This document shows, piece by piece, positions 26,446 to 35,602 of a DNA stretch of 64,000 nucleotides (positions are counted from its first letter, which is position 1; each line of letters starts with the position of its first letter). The translations under genes were made by a program, and so were the position numbers. This stretch comes from Gammaproteobacteria bacterium (GTDB lineage: Bacteria; Pseudomonadota; Gammaproteobacteria; Eutrophobiales; Eutrophobiaceae), in contig OZ245888.1 in the NCBI GenBank assembly GCA_965229565.1, forward strand, positions 37,801 to 101,800, in the 5' to 3' direction. Below the pieces are notes generated by a model. The model had not been told where the DNA came from and ran no database searches. It saw only the letters and a program-made list of their open reading frames with translations.

Positions 26446-28337
26446 GCTTTCACCAATATGTCGCCGGATGCCTTAGCCTGGCATGCGAGAATAATGTTTT
26501 TCTCCTTATCTCCCGGTTGCAAGCCGTCCTCAACAGCCATGCTGACTTTACCAGCGAGTAATTCCACCCGACACAGACCACACACGCCCGACCGGCAGGA
26601 GAAGTCAATGTCCACTCCCAAATCTTCGGCTACGTCCAGCACCACCTTGTCTGGAGATAGTTGCCCGGCTTTGTTCGAATCCGTAAAAGTCACAGTGGAC
26701 AACTCTTCCGCTGTTGTTTCCAAACCCTCCAGATTCACATTCTGATCAGCTTTAGGTGTCCGCTCCTGTTTACCAAGAGCAGGGCCAAAGGCTTCAGTCT
26801 TGATACGATCAGTCGGGACACCCAGATCAGCCAGCAGCTGTTTTGTAGCCTCCATCATGGGTACCGGACCACAAATGTGTATGTAACGTGTCGGCAGATC
26901 AGGCACGCTTGCAACAATCAGATCTTTGGTAATATGCCCCTTTTGTCCTGACCATTCTGTTCCCTCGCTTTGCCCCACAGTGATAACGACGTGCAGATTA
27001 GCGTGACGGCGCTGCAGGTAGTCCAGTTCTTCACGGAATATGATGTCGGCGGGGCTGCGGCAACCATAAATAAGGAAAATATCGCCATCCCAACTACGAT
27101 CCGTAAGATAACGCAATACACTCATAAGAGGAGTAATCCCGACTCCTCCGCCAATCAGCAAAATGCATTTACATTCACGGCCAGTGAAAACAAGGGAACC
27201 ACTTGGACCTGAAAGATCCAGTAAATCCCCTTCTTGTACTTTCGTATGCAGATGTCCCGATACCTGCCCTTCCGGTGCTAGTTTAACCGTAATTTCAATG
27301 TAATCCCTTTGCGTAGGAGAAGAGGCAATCGTATAGCTTCGACGGTCAATAGATCCGTTGTTTGAAACGGCAACGGTAATAAATTGACCAGGAAGAAAAT
27401 CAAACGGCAGAAAGCCGCCAGCAGGGTTCATGAGTCGGAAAGTCTTGACGTCGGCAGTCTCCTGAAATATACGGCCTACACGCAACTGTCCCGACCAACG
27501 TTTGCCGCTATGTCTGGGAACTGCTGTAAGTATTTTTTCAGGTTGACTATCCGGTTGCTCTGCAAGACGAAAATTTATACCTTGTTCATCATCACGGTTT
27601 ATCTCCGTCAGGTTGTGTAAGAGTTGCGATGCTCGCCGCATCTTTAGAAAGTAGATCCACAGAAAACCCGCAATGAAGACAATCGAACTGAACATAATCC
27701 AGAAATGAAACCAGGATACTCCCAAGATTGCAGACTCTTTCTGAACAGAAACCGGACCGGGAAGTTCCATTTCCCTCCGGAACCAGTCGAGTGCTATTGC
27801 TTGTGGATCATCGATGCCGGAAAGGGCACGATGCGCTGCAAGGCCGCTCTCGAAACGGGCCATGCCCTCATGCAATAGATCTACCGCCTGTTGTATCGTT
27901 TCATAATCATCGGTAGCAACGGAATCAGCAAGACGGTTTAGTCCATCCGTCATTAGTTCAGTTCCACTTGCCATGCGTTCATTAGCTGCAGATTCAACCT
28001 CCTCTCGTTTTTCCTGCGTAAGAACGGCCAGTGTCATGAGTGAAGGGTAAATTTCCTTAGGCGGTGGCACACCCATATTGCGCATCATCTCTCCCATAGC
28101 TTCCATTGGTCCCGGAGCTGTTGCCGGTCCCGGTAAAGATGAGGCAGAGTCCTGTTGTGACATTGATGGAGGACCGGGATGGTGCGCATTATGCTCCTCA
28201 GGCGATACCCCTGCCTGGGTTATTCTTACAGAGAATATAAGCAGCATAAGCAATATTGATAGTGAGACACGGCTGCGTGAATGGAAAAATCTAAAGATGT
28301 TCACAGCTCTCACTTTCTTATGTAGTTGTTTATCCAT
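26442..28337 (-). CDS. Membrane-anchored FNR-type flavin reductase with a C-terminal 2Fe-2S ferredoxin domain and an N-terminal His/Met-rich periplasmic domain
   Basis: - Signal peptide.
- ~190 aa periplasmic region (EEHNAHHPGPP...MEAMGEMMRNMGVPPP).
- One TM helix.
- FAD site RSYTIASSP.
- NAD site LLIGGGVGITP.
- C-terminal CRSGVCGLCRV plant-type ferredoxin motif. Confidence 0.65.
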   Translation of the reverse strand: MDKQLHKKVRAVNIFRFFHSRSRVSLSILLMLLIFSVRITQAGVSPEEHNAHHPGPPSMSQQDSASSLPGPATAPGPMEAMGEMMRNMGVPPPKEIYPSLMTLAVLTQEKREEVESAANERMASGTELMTDGLNRLADSVATDDYETIQQAVDLLHEGMARFESGLAAHRALSGIDDPQAIALDWFRREMELPGPVSVQKESAILGVSWFHFWIMFSSIVFIAGFLWIYFLKMRRASQLLHNLTEINRDDEQGINFRLAEQPDSQPEKILTAVPRHSGKRWSGQLRVGRIFQETADVKTFRLMNPAGGFLPFDFLPGQFITVAVSNNGSIDRRSYTIASSPTQRDYIEITVKLAPEGQVSGHLHTKVQEGDLLDLSGPSGSLVFTGRECKCILLIGGGVGITPLMSVLRYLTDRSWDGDIFLIYGCRSPADIIFREELDYLQRRHANLHVVITVGQSEGTEWSGQKGHITKDLIVASVPDLPTRYIHICGPVPMMEATKQLLADLGVPTDRIKTEAFGPALGKQERTPKADQNVNLEGLETTAEELSTVTFTDSNKAGQLSPDKVVLDVAEDLGVDIDFSCRSGVCGLCRVELLAGKVSMAVEDGLQPGDKEKNIILACQAKASGDILVKA

Positions 28338-28508
28338 AGAACATGCTATTCGAGTATTTAATTAAAATAAGTAACTAAGTTTTTAGCATTAATTTACAGT
28401 TAACAAGCTAAATCAGCTCGTTCAAATTGCACTCCATGCTTATTAACTACCACGAATCAATGACGTGGATATACGCTTTGATAACAACTGCAAAAATTGC
28501 ATCAACAT

Positions 28509-28919
28509 TTACATATGACCCATGCCACCAGACATACCTTTCATTTGCTGCATCATTTGCTGCATCATTTGCTGCATCATTTCCATATTATGATTCATCA
28601 TGTCCATACGCTTATCCGAATCCATTGATTTCGGCTGGAAATTTTTGTTCATGTTATCATTCATCATTTGCATTGCATGTTGCATGGTCGCCATATGCTC
28701 CTTCGTCAGTTGTTCCCGCGTTTCCGGATTTTGTTCTGATTTGATGCGTTCCATCAACCCTGTCATTTTTTCCATTTGTACTTGTAAATCTGTACTTTGA
28801 GATTTTTCTATCTGAGTATTCATACTCTTTGTATCCATATTGTGATCATGCATTTCTGCTGAGAAAGCTGACACAGTGAAAAGAGTCAAAAACCCTATTA
28901 CTATGAAAGTATGTTTCAT
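28509..28919 (-). CDS. Periplasmic Met/His-rich metal-binding protein (SilE/PcoE-like composition)
   Basis: Signal peptide and repeated MxxM/MxxH motifs (MNHNMEMMQQMMQQMMQQMKGM). 136 aa. Confidence 0.55.
   Translation of the reverse strand: MKHTFIVIGFLTLFTVSAFSAEMHDHNMDTKSMNTQIEKSQSTDLQVQMEKMTGLMERIKSEQNPETREQLTKEHMATMQHAMQMMNDNMNKNFQPKSMDSDKRMDMMNHNMEMMQQMMQQMMQQMKGMSGGMGHM
28544..28592. repeat. In-frame 12-bp tandem repeat (4 units, GCTGCATCATTT) encoding (MMQQ)n
   Basis: Four perfect tandem copies inside the Met-rich protein gene. Confidence 0.8.
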
Positions 28920-29041
28920 TATGTTTCTCCTAAGTTGACGCTACGATTGGCAAGTATGTATTAACTTTTTTACCATGTTCATATGTAACCATATCGTGTA
29001 AAAACAATATGTATAGTAACTAGTAGGCTTTATTGATATTA

Positions 29042-29620
29042 CTAATGTCCATGCTCTGCCGAATTTTCACCACGAGCGGTGAGTATCTGGTATTGCGCTG
29101 GTGAAAGTTCTGGCAGGCGTCTGAGGAAGGCGACCATGTTCCAGATACGCTCGTCGTCGTGCCCCGCCCCCCAGGCGGGCATGCCGGAGGCTTTGATACC
29201 ATGCTTGATGATCCAGAACTGGCGCTGCAGGGTGTATTGCCCCCCATCCTGACCGCCATAACCGTGCTCGTGTTCATCCATTGTCAACCTGGGCGGTGAG
29301 GGATAAAGCCCTAATGTAAAATCGCTTTGCTTCATACCCGGTTTCAGATGGCAACCAACGCACATGTCGTTATAGTCAGCACCGCCTTTGAGAAGGCGAT
29401 CAGGCAAGTTCAGATTATCGGGAATAACGATATCGCTTGCCGCCCGTGCGATCGAACGCTCGCGCAAGGTTTCCAGCGCCCAGTAGGTCATTGAATTGTG
29501 TGGGACGTCGGCTCCCATGGGATAGAGACCGGAATAAATTAATACCAGCCCACCGGAGATGGCAATGCCTGCTGCTAGCAGCAGGCATTTGCCACAAGAT
29601 ATAAATTTGCTTACGGACAT
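29042..29620 (-). CDS. c-type monoheme cytochrome in the copper resistance cluster (CopJ-like by context)
   Basis: Single CVGCH motif. Probable start is MSVSKFISCGKCLLLAAGIAISGG (ATG at 29620), not the ORF-track start at 29704. Confidence 0.55.
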   Translation of the reverse strand: MSVSKFISCGKCLLLAAGIAISGGLVLIYSGLYPMGADVPHNSMTYWALETLRERSIARAASDIVIPDNLNLPDRLLKGGADYNDMCVGCHLKPGMKQSDFTLGLYPSPPRLTMDEHEHGYGGQDGGQYTLQRQFWIIKHGIKASGMPAWGAGHDDERIWNMVAFLRRLPELSPAQYQILTARGENSAEHGH

Positions 29621-29768
29621 GTTGCCCCGCGATGTATGGGCCCTGGTGACACCACCATGATTGGTATTTCCTCTTGAATATCGGTAACGGTGCCCGACAG
29701 ACAAATTATCCTTGCCATGCTTCGGATGCTCGGCCTGATGTTGTACAGGATTATCGATCGCATCATCA

Positions 29769-30092
29769 TTACATGTCCTTGTGGTCCATGTCTTCTTGCT
29801 TCATGTCTTTGTGATCCATGCCTTTATGCATCATATCTTTGTGATCCATGTCCATATGCTCCATGCCATCATGCTTCATGTCTTTATGATCCATGCTTTC
29901 CTTGCATTTCTGCATCATGGCCTGCATTACGGGATCGTTTTTGTCCATCTTGCTTTCATCCATGTTTTTCATGGTGGCGCAGTCTGGCTTTTGTGCATCT
30001 TTCATATGCTCTTTGGGATCGTGCGCCTGCGCGGTTACGGCAAACAGCAGAGACTGGATAATGACAAGGGTAGTTAAAGTAATCTGTTTCAT
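29769..30092 (-). CDS. Periplasmic His/Met/Asp-rich repeat protein with (M-D-H-K-D-M)n motifs
   Basis: Signal peptide followed by repeated MDHKDM/MEHMDM units. Composition typical of periplasmic copper-binding proteins. Confidence 0.5.
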   Translation of the reverse strand: MKQITLTTLVIIQSLLFAVTAQAHDPKEHMKDAQKPDCATMKNMDESKMDKNDPVMQAMMQKCKESMDHKDMKHDGMEHMDMDHKDMMHKGMDHKDMKQEDMDHKDM

Positions 30093-30149
30093 TTGACATT
30101 CCTCACGTTAATGGATTATGTGTTAAGACTAAATGCTGTAAATTAAATT

Positions 30150-30995
30150 CTAAAACCAGAATCGCAAACCGGCAACAAAGCGTGTGTCACTGTCATTTTC
30201 TCCGGCAGCGCGCAGGTAATCCGCCGTTTCGCCGAAGGCAGAAGACCACTCTACTCCGATATAGGGCGCAAACTGGCGGCTGAACTCGTAGCGAAGACGC
30301 ACCCCAATTTCAAGATCGGTGAGACCATCACCCAGACCGTTGGCACGATCTTCTTTCCCGTACAGGTTCAGTTCTGTACGTGGTTGCAAAATCAGTCTTT
30401 GCGTTAATAACAGCTCATATTCGGCTTCCAGGTTAACTGCAGTGCGCCCGTTTTCGCCCAGGTAGGCGGTCACATCCAACTCAAACCAGTATGGTGCGAG
30501 ACCCAGGATCCCTAGTGCTAACCAACGGCGATTCTTGCCTTCATCATACTGGTCGAAACGGACGCCGAGCTGCGTGTCGAAAAAAGCATTCACTGCATGC
30601 GACCAGAATACTTCAGTCTGGCTGCTTTCCAGACGGTCATCGACAATGTCACCTTCCGCCTTGACGTAAAACCGGTCAAAGGTGGTGCCATACCAACCCT
30701 GGAAATCATACAGTGTGCTACCATCGCTCTCGCTGTATTCTAGGCGATCACCGAGCACGGCCCAGAAGGCATGTTCATCGGCCAATTTGAGTTGCCTGAC
30801 ACCGGGTTGGGCATAGGGACCCTCGGTCAGGGTGTAGCCATCTGCATAGTCATGGGGATCGCGAGCGTCCTCGGGCGCGCTGCCTCCCTGCATTTGCATA
30901 TTTCCATGCTCCTTTTGCGCCAACGCAGTATCAGTCTGAACTAGGCCAAAAGTCAGCAGCAACAGACTTATCAAAGTTCCTGTTTTAAAATTCAT
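30150..30995 (-). CDS. copB: Copper resistance outer-membrane protein CopB/PcoB
   Basis: Signal peptide, Met/His-rich N-terminal segment (HGNMQMQGG), beta-barrel ending in WF. Overlaps the copA stop (ATGA). Confidence 0.75.
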   Translation of the reverse strand: MNFKTGTLISLLLLTFGLVQTDTALAQKEHGNMQMQGGSAPEDARDPHDYADGYTLTEGPYAQPGVRQLKLADEHAFWAVLGDRLEYSESDGSTLYDFQGWYGTTFDRFYVKAEGDIVDDRLESSQTEVFWSHAVNAFFDTQLGVRFDQYDEGKNRRWLALGILGLAPYWFELDVTAYLGENGRTAVNLEAEYELLLTQRLILQPRTELNLYGKEDRANGLGDGLTDLEIGVRLRYEFSRQFAPYIGVEWSSAFGETADYLRAAGENDSDTRFVAGLRFWF

Positions 30996-32788
30996 GACAC
31001 AACCACCTCGCGGAACATGCCCGCATCCATATGAAACAGCAGGTGGCAGTGCCAGGCCCAGCGGCCCAGATCGTGGGGTGTCGTCAGGAAGCTGATGCGC
31101 TGGGCCGGTTGCACTGGAATGGTGTGACGCCGCACCCGCAGTTCTCCCTGATCAGTTTCTAATTCGCTCCACATTCCGTGCAGATGCATGGGGTGGGTCA
31201 TCATAGTGTCATTCTGCAGAATTATCCTGACGCGCTCATTATGGTGCAGGGACACAGGTGTACTCTGCCCAAATTCCAGACCATCGAAAGACCAGCTGTA
31301 GCGCTCCATATTCCCGGTGAGATGCAGCTCAAGTTCCCTGCCAGGCGACCGAGGATCATCCAGAACCGCGTCGATGGATTTCAAATCCGCCAGCGTTAGT
31401 ACGCGGCGGCCGTTGTCACGAAGACCAATGCCCGGGTCATCGAGATTGGTGCGTGGCGTTTCTACGCGCATGTCTACCGATGGACCGTATTCTGTGCGTG
31501 CGTGACGCACGGTTTGCGATGGCTTGGACAGTGAGCTTTCATCAGCTTGCGACATATCATGCATGCTGTGATCCATGGCCATACCGCCATGCTTGCCGGA
31601 ATGATCCATACCCGTATTATCCATGGCCCCCATCATATCCTTCATAGTCAACCATTCCACCGCATCGGGTTCCGGCACCGGTGCCGACAGGCCCGGCTGT
31701 ACGGCCAGGGTACCGCGAGCGTAGCCGGTTCGTTCCATGCTCTGGGCAAAAATGGTGTAGACATCGTCTCTCGGCTCGACCATCACATCGTAGGTTTCGC
31801 CAGGGCCAAAACGGAACTCATCTACCGTTACCGGCTCCACATCCTGACCGTCGGCCTGGACGACAGTCAGCTTCAAGCCGGGAATACGAACATCATAAAA
31901 GGTGTTACCGGCACCATTAACAAAGCGCAGACGGACGCGATCACCACGTTTGAAAAGGCCCGTCCAGTTTCCTGCCGGGGTGGTGCCGTTCATGAGATAG
32001 GTCAGTGTGGCTGCCGAAAGGTCTGCCAGATCTGTCGGACTCATGCGCATCCGGTTCCACATCTGCCGTTTTTCAAGTGCTCCCTTCAAGCCCATCGCGG
32101 AGACATCGCGGGTAAAATCAAAAAGCGTAAGCTGATTAAAATTAAACGTATCGGATTGTACTTTTAGTTTGCTGAGAACATGCATGGGATCTTCGTCGGT
32201 CCAGTCGGAAAGCTGAACTACGTAATCCTGATCGGCACGATGTCGTTCGCCTGACCTTGGTTCAATGATCATCGCGCCATACATGCCGGTCATTTCCTGA
32301 AAACCCGAATGGCTATGGTACCAGTATGTTCCACTTTGTCTGAGCGTGAAACGGTAGATAAAAGTCTCACCTGGCGCGATGCCGTCAAAGCTGATCCCGG
32401 GTACACCGTCCATCTGGTAGGGCAGTAAAATGCCGTGCCAATGAATGGAGGTGCTTACCGGCAAGCGGTTGGTCACCTTTATCGTCACGTCATCGCCCTC
32501 GCGTAAACGTAACGTGGGGGCCGGGATGGAACCATTTATCGTCGTGGCCATACGAGCCACGCCAGTATAGTTGACCGGCGTTTCAGCAATGACAAGATCG
32601 ATTTCCTGCCCACTCAATACCGGGGCGGAACCCAGCAATGTTTCATCTTTTTCCCTGGCCAATAACCAGGGGGGTGCTGCGGCTAAAACCCCTCCGGCGA
32701 CCAAACCCTGTACAAAACGGCGGCGGCCAAAGTCAACGGCGGGTAATAAAGGTTGTGGAAATTGTCTAGTCACTAATAGTGCCTCCAT
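30992..32788 (-). CDS. copA: Multicopper oxidase CopA/PcoA
   Basis: Tat signal (RRRFVQGLVAGG), Cu-site motifs HWHGILLPY and HCHLLFHMDAGM, and an internal Met-rich insert (MKDMMGAMDNTGMDHSGKHGGMAMDHSMHDM). Confidence 0.85.
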   Translation of the reverse strand: MEALLVTRQFPQPLLPAVDFGRRRFVQGLVAGGVLAAAPPWLLAREKDETLLGSAPVLSGQEIDLVIAETPVNYTGVARMATTINGSIPAPTLRLREGDDVTIKVTNRLPVSTSIHWHGILLPYQMDGVPGISFDGIAPGETFIYRFTLRQSGTYWYHSHSGFQEMTGMYGAMIIEPRSGERHRADQDYVVQLSDWTDEDPMHVLSKLKVQSDTFNFNQLTLFDFTRDVSAMGLKGALEKRQMWNRMRMSPTDLADLSAATLTYLMNGTTPAGNWTGLFKRGDRVRLRFVNGAGNTFYDVRIPGLKLTVVQADGQDVEPVTVDEFRFGPGETYDVMVEPRDDVYTIFAQSMERTGYARGTLAVQPGLSAPVPEPDAVEWLTMKDMMGAMDNTGMDHSGKHGGMAMDHSMHDMSQADESSLSKPSQTVRHARTEYGPSVDMRVETPRTNLDDPGIGLRDNGRRVLTLADLKSIDAVLDDPRSPGRELELHLTGNMERYSWSFDGLEFGQSTPVSLHHNERVRIILQNDTMMTHPMHLHGMWSELETDQGELRVRRHTIPVQPAQRISFLTTPHDLGRWAWHCHLLFHMDAGMFREVVVS

Positions 32789-32834
32789 ATATGATTAAAT
32801 TTACAGTAATGTAGATACATGAACTGAACGACTC

Positions 32835-34199
32835 CTACGCTATTCCATAAGCAAGCATTGCATCTGCAACTTTTACAAAGCCCGCGATATTGGCACCATC
32901 AACATAATTAATTTTTCCGTCGTCACCATTCCCGTACTGTAAACATTGACTATGTATATGCTTCATAATTTGCTTTAATTTTTCATCAACTTCTTCTCTA
33001 GTCCAGGCAAGTCTTAATGCATTCTGACTTTGCTCAAGCCCGGACACGGCAACTCCTCCAGCATTCGCTGCTTTTGCTGGAGCAAATAGAACTTCATTAT
33101 CTTGAAATAACCTAACAGCCTCTAATGTTGTTGGCATGTTAGCGCCTTCTGCCAAGGCTATTACTCCATTGTCAATTAAGGCTCTAGCGTGATTTAAGTC
33201 TAATTCATTTTGAGTAGCACAAGGAAAAGCCAGGTCAGATTTAATAACCCAAGGTCGTTGATCAGGAAAATATTCTGCTGAAGCGTATCTATTGACATAT
33301 TCTCTAATACGACCTCGTTTGACAAACTTTAACTCTCTAACCCAGCTTAGCTTTTCACCATCAATACCATCAGGATCATGAATAAATCCGCTTGAGTCAG
33401 AAAGTGTTAATACTGTTACTCCTTCATCTATCAATTTTTCTGCACAAAATAAGGCAACATTTCCTGAGCCGGAAATGACAGCACTTTTCCCGTCCAATCG
33501 CATATCATGATATGTAAGCATCTGTTTAGTAAAATATACAACGCCATACCCTGTTGCCTCGGATCTAATTAAGCTTCCACCAAAAGATAGACCTTTACCT
33601 GTTAATGTCCCGACAAAACGATTATTTAGCCTTTTATACTGTCCAAACAAGAAGCTAATCTCTCTTGCTCCCACACCAATGTCACCAGCAGGAACATCTG
33701 TATCCTCTCCAATATGGCGAGATAATTCAGTCATTAATGATTGGCAAAATCTCATTACCTCTCTTTCACTTTTACCTTTGGGATCGAAATTACTTCCACC
33801 TTTAGCACCACCCATTGGAAGTCCTGTTAGCGCATTCTTATAAACTTGCTCAAACCCCAAGAACTTTAGAATACTTTGTGTAACTCCCGGGTGAAATCTA
33901 AGGCCGCCTTTATAAGGACCAATGGCGTTATTAAATTGAACTCGCCAGGCACGATTGCAACAGATATGTCCGTCATCGTTTTCCCAACATACTCGAAATA
34001 TCACAATTCTATCAGGCTCAGTCATTCGTTCGAGAATGTGACCATCAGCATATTGTTCATTGTTCATGGCGAAAGGCATGACTGACTCTGTAAACTCTCT
34101 AACAGCCTGATGAAATTCATACTCTGCAGGATTTCGCTCAGTCACTCCCTGGTTAAATAATTCGGTTTCATGTTTAATATTTTCATTGTTATATATCAT
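32835..34199 (-). CDS. gdhA: NADP-specific glutamate dehydrogenase
   Basis: GLPMGGAKGGS catalytic motif with the Glu/Leu/Phe/Val dehydrogenase N- and C-domains. 454 aa. Confidence 0.85.
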   Translation of the reverse strand: MIYNNENIKHETELFNQGVTERNPAEYEFHQAVREFTESVMPFAMNNEQYADGHILERMTEPDRIVIFRVCWENDDGHICCNRAWRVQFNNAIGPYKGGLRFHPGVTQSILKFLGFEQVYKNALTGLPMGGAKGGSNFDPKGKSEREVMRFCQSLMTELSRHIGEDTDVPAGDIGVGAREISFLFGQYKRLNNRFVGTLTGKGLSFGGSLIRSEATGYGVVYFTKQMLTYHDMRLDGKSAVISGSGNVALFCAEKLIDEGVTVLTLSDSSGFIHDPDGIDGEKLSWVRELKFVKRGRIREYVNRYASAEYFPDQRPWVIKSDLAFPCATQNELDLNHARALIDNGVIALAEGANMPTTLEAVRLFQDNEVLFAPAKAANAGGVAVSGLEQSQNALRLAWTREEVDEKLKQIMKHIHSQCLQYGNGDDGKINYVDGANIAGFVKVADAMLAYGIA

Positions 34200-34331
34200 G
34201 GTATTAACTCACTAGCGTTAACAGGCCCTTTACTGAAAATAGTCCCTCAATAATTGGAAAATTATATTTTTTCTTACCATTATTGTTTAAACTTGTTTAT
34301 ATATACTCAATCTTAGATTACAAAAAACTAA

Positions 34332-34985
34332 TTACGTTTCTGCCTTAAATCGCGTCCAATCGGGTAAAAATGCAGGTGTAGCTTGCATATAATTTATGTA
34401 TTTATCGCCAAAAGTTAAAATTGCGTTTTCCTCTTCGCGTTTAGCCAAACGAATATAGATATATACAAGTATTGGAAACATAATGAGTGTAGGCAATGTA
34501 GGCCATTGCAACAAAAAACCAAACATGATGATAATAAAGGCTACGTATTGCGGATGCCGAATATAGGAATAAGTACCACTGCAAGCGAGTGTTCTATCCT
34601 TTTGAGATTTGTAGAGAACATTCCACGATGAAGCAAGTAACCAAAATCCTAGAATGATAAAGACGTAACTTAAAATATGCAGGATATCAAAATGTGCATT
34701 ACCCCCTAGCCCCAACAAGGTATGCCATAAATGACCATTCTCATGCGATAGGAAATCAACACCTGGATAATTTTGTGTAAGCCACCCGGACAATAAATAG
34801 ATGGTTAATGGAAAGCCATACATTTCAGTGAACAATGCCACAATGAAAGCCGAGTACATGCCAAATGAACGCCAATCTCTTTTTGTCTGTGGTTTAGCAA
34901 AACTAAACGCAAAAATAATAAATATGGTCGAATTGATAATTACTAATGACCAAAGCCCATAGTCTGAAGCAGTTCCATGATCCAT
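34332..34985 (-). CDS. Membrane methyltransferase-family protein (ICMT/PEMT/NnrU-like)
   Basis: Multi-TM protein with an RHPQY motif. Confidence 0.5.
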   Translation of the reverse strand: MDHGTASDYGLWSLVIINSTIFIIFAFSFAKPQTKRDWRSFGMYSAFIVALFTEMYGFPLTIYLLSGWLTQNYPGVDFLSHENGHLWHTLLGLGGNAHFDILHILSYVFIILGFWLLASSWNVLYKSQKDRTLACSGTYSYIRHPQYVAFIIIMFGFLLQWPTLPTLIMFPILVYIYIRLAKREEENAILTFGDKYINYMQATPAFLPDWTRFKAET

Positions 34986-34987
34986 GA

Positions 34988-35218
34988 TTATTCCTCCTTA
35001 TGAAGTGAATGGTCATCATGCGAACCATGGCTATGACCATGACTACCATGCATGAAAAAATGCATTAATGGACAAAGTAAAAATATCAAATAGGGTAAGT
35101 ATGGAACTATATGCGCCCAATGTTCAGTGATTAAAAGATAAGCAACAAACCCCATAAAGACCCACATCACAGAATTGTGCTTTTTTATTTGTTTGGCATG
35201 CGTATCGTGTTCATTCAT
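34988..35218 (-). CDS. Small membrane protein with His-rich C-terminus (DUF2933-like)
   Basis: 76 aa with two TM helices followed by HGSHGHSHGSHDDH. Confidence 0.45.
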   Translation of the reverse strand: MNEHDTHAKQIKKHNSVMWVFMGFVAYLLITEHWAHIVPYLPYLIFLLCPLMHFFMHGSHGHSHGSHDDHSLHKEE

Positions 35219-35251
35219 GATGGCATCCTCGATAAATAAATATTATTAGCG

Positions 35252-35527
35252 TCAACATGAACCAGATTTGGTATTTTTTGAAACTACGTAGTTATAAATC
35301 GGAACCCAAATTAAAGCGAAGTACCAACCATAGGCATAACTTTCTATTGCCCCTATAAAAAAACTTTTCCAGTTAATAAACTCAAACCCTGGCAAAAGAT
35401 CTTGCCATGCCTTAAACATGGCATGTTCAGGGAATAATAAATCAAACGCAACGCAGATTGAAAAAGTAAACAACAATAACAAACTCGTTGCATGACCAAA
35501 TGCCAATAGCGATAGTCTTCTGTTCAT
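35252..35527 (-). CDS. Small integral membrane protein, hypothetical
   Basis: 91 aa, 3 TM helices, no recognisable motif. Confidence 0.35.
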   Translation of the reverse strand: MNRRLSLLAFGHATSLLLLFTFSICVAFDLLFPEHAMFKAWQDLLPGFEFINWKSFFIGAIESYAYGWYFALIWVPIYNYVVSKNTKSGSC

Positions 35528-35602
35528 ATGGCTATTCCTTATTTAACAAATTGTGTCTCGAACATGCATGTTGTTAATCACACACATCCGAGACACTTTT
35601 AT

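Noticed and set aside
28544-28592. Possible CRISPR-like array
   Set aside because: It is a 12-bp perfect tandem repeat with no spacers, in-frame inside a coding gene. There are no cas genes anywhere in the window.
28427-28744. ORF with SFAASFAASFAAS repeat
   Set aside because: It is the reverse-strand reading of the (MMQQ)n tandem repeat in the Met-rich protein gene. The minus-strand gene has a signal peptide and coherent composition.
31547-32167. 206-aa plus-strand ORF with many His and Cys
   Set aside because: It is antisense to the copA multicopper oxidase gene. The His/Cys richness is the mirror of the sense-strand codons.
32789-32834. TACA-GTAA-TGTA palindrome between gdhA and copA as a cop box
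   Set aside because: It is a short palindrome, and I cannot match it confidently to a known CopR/CusR consensus from memory. No copRS genes are in the window.
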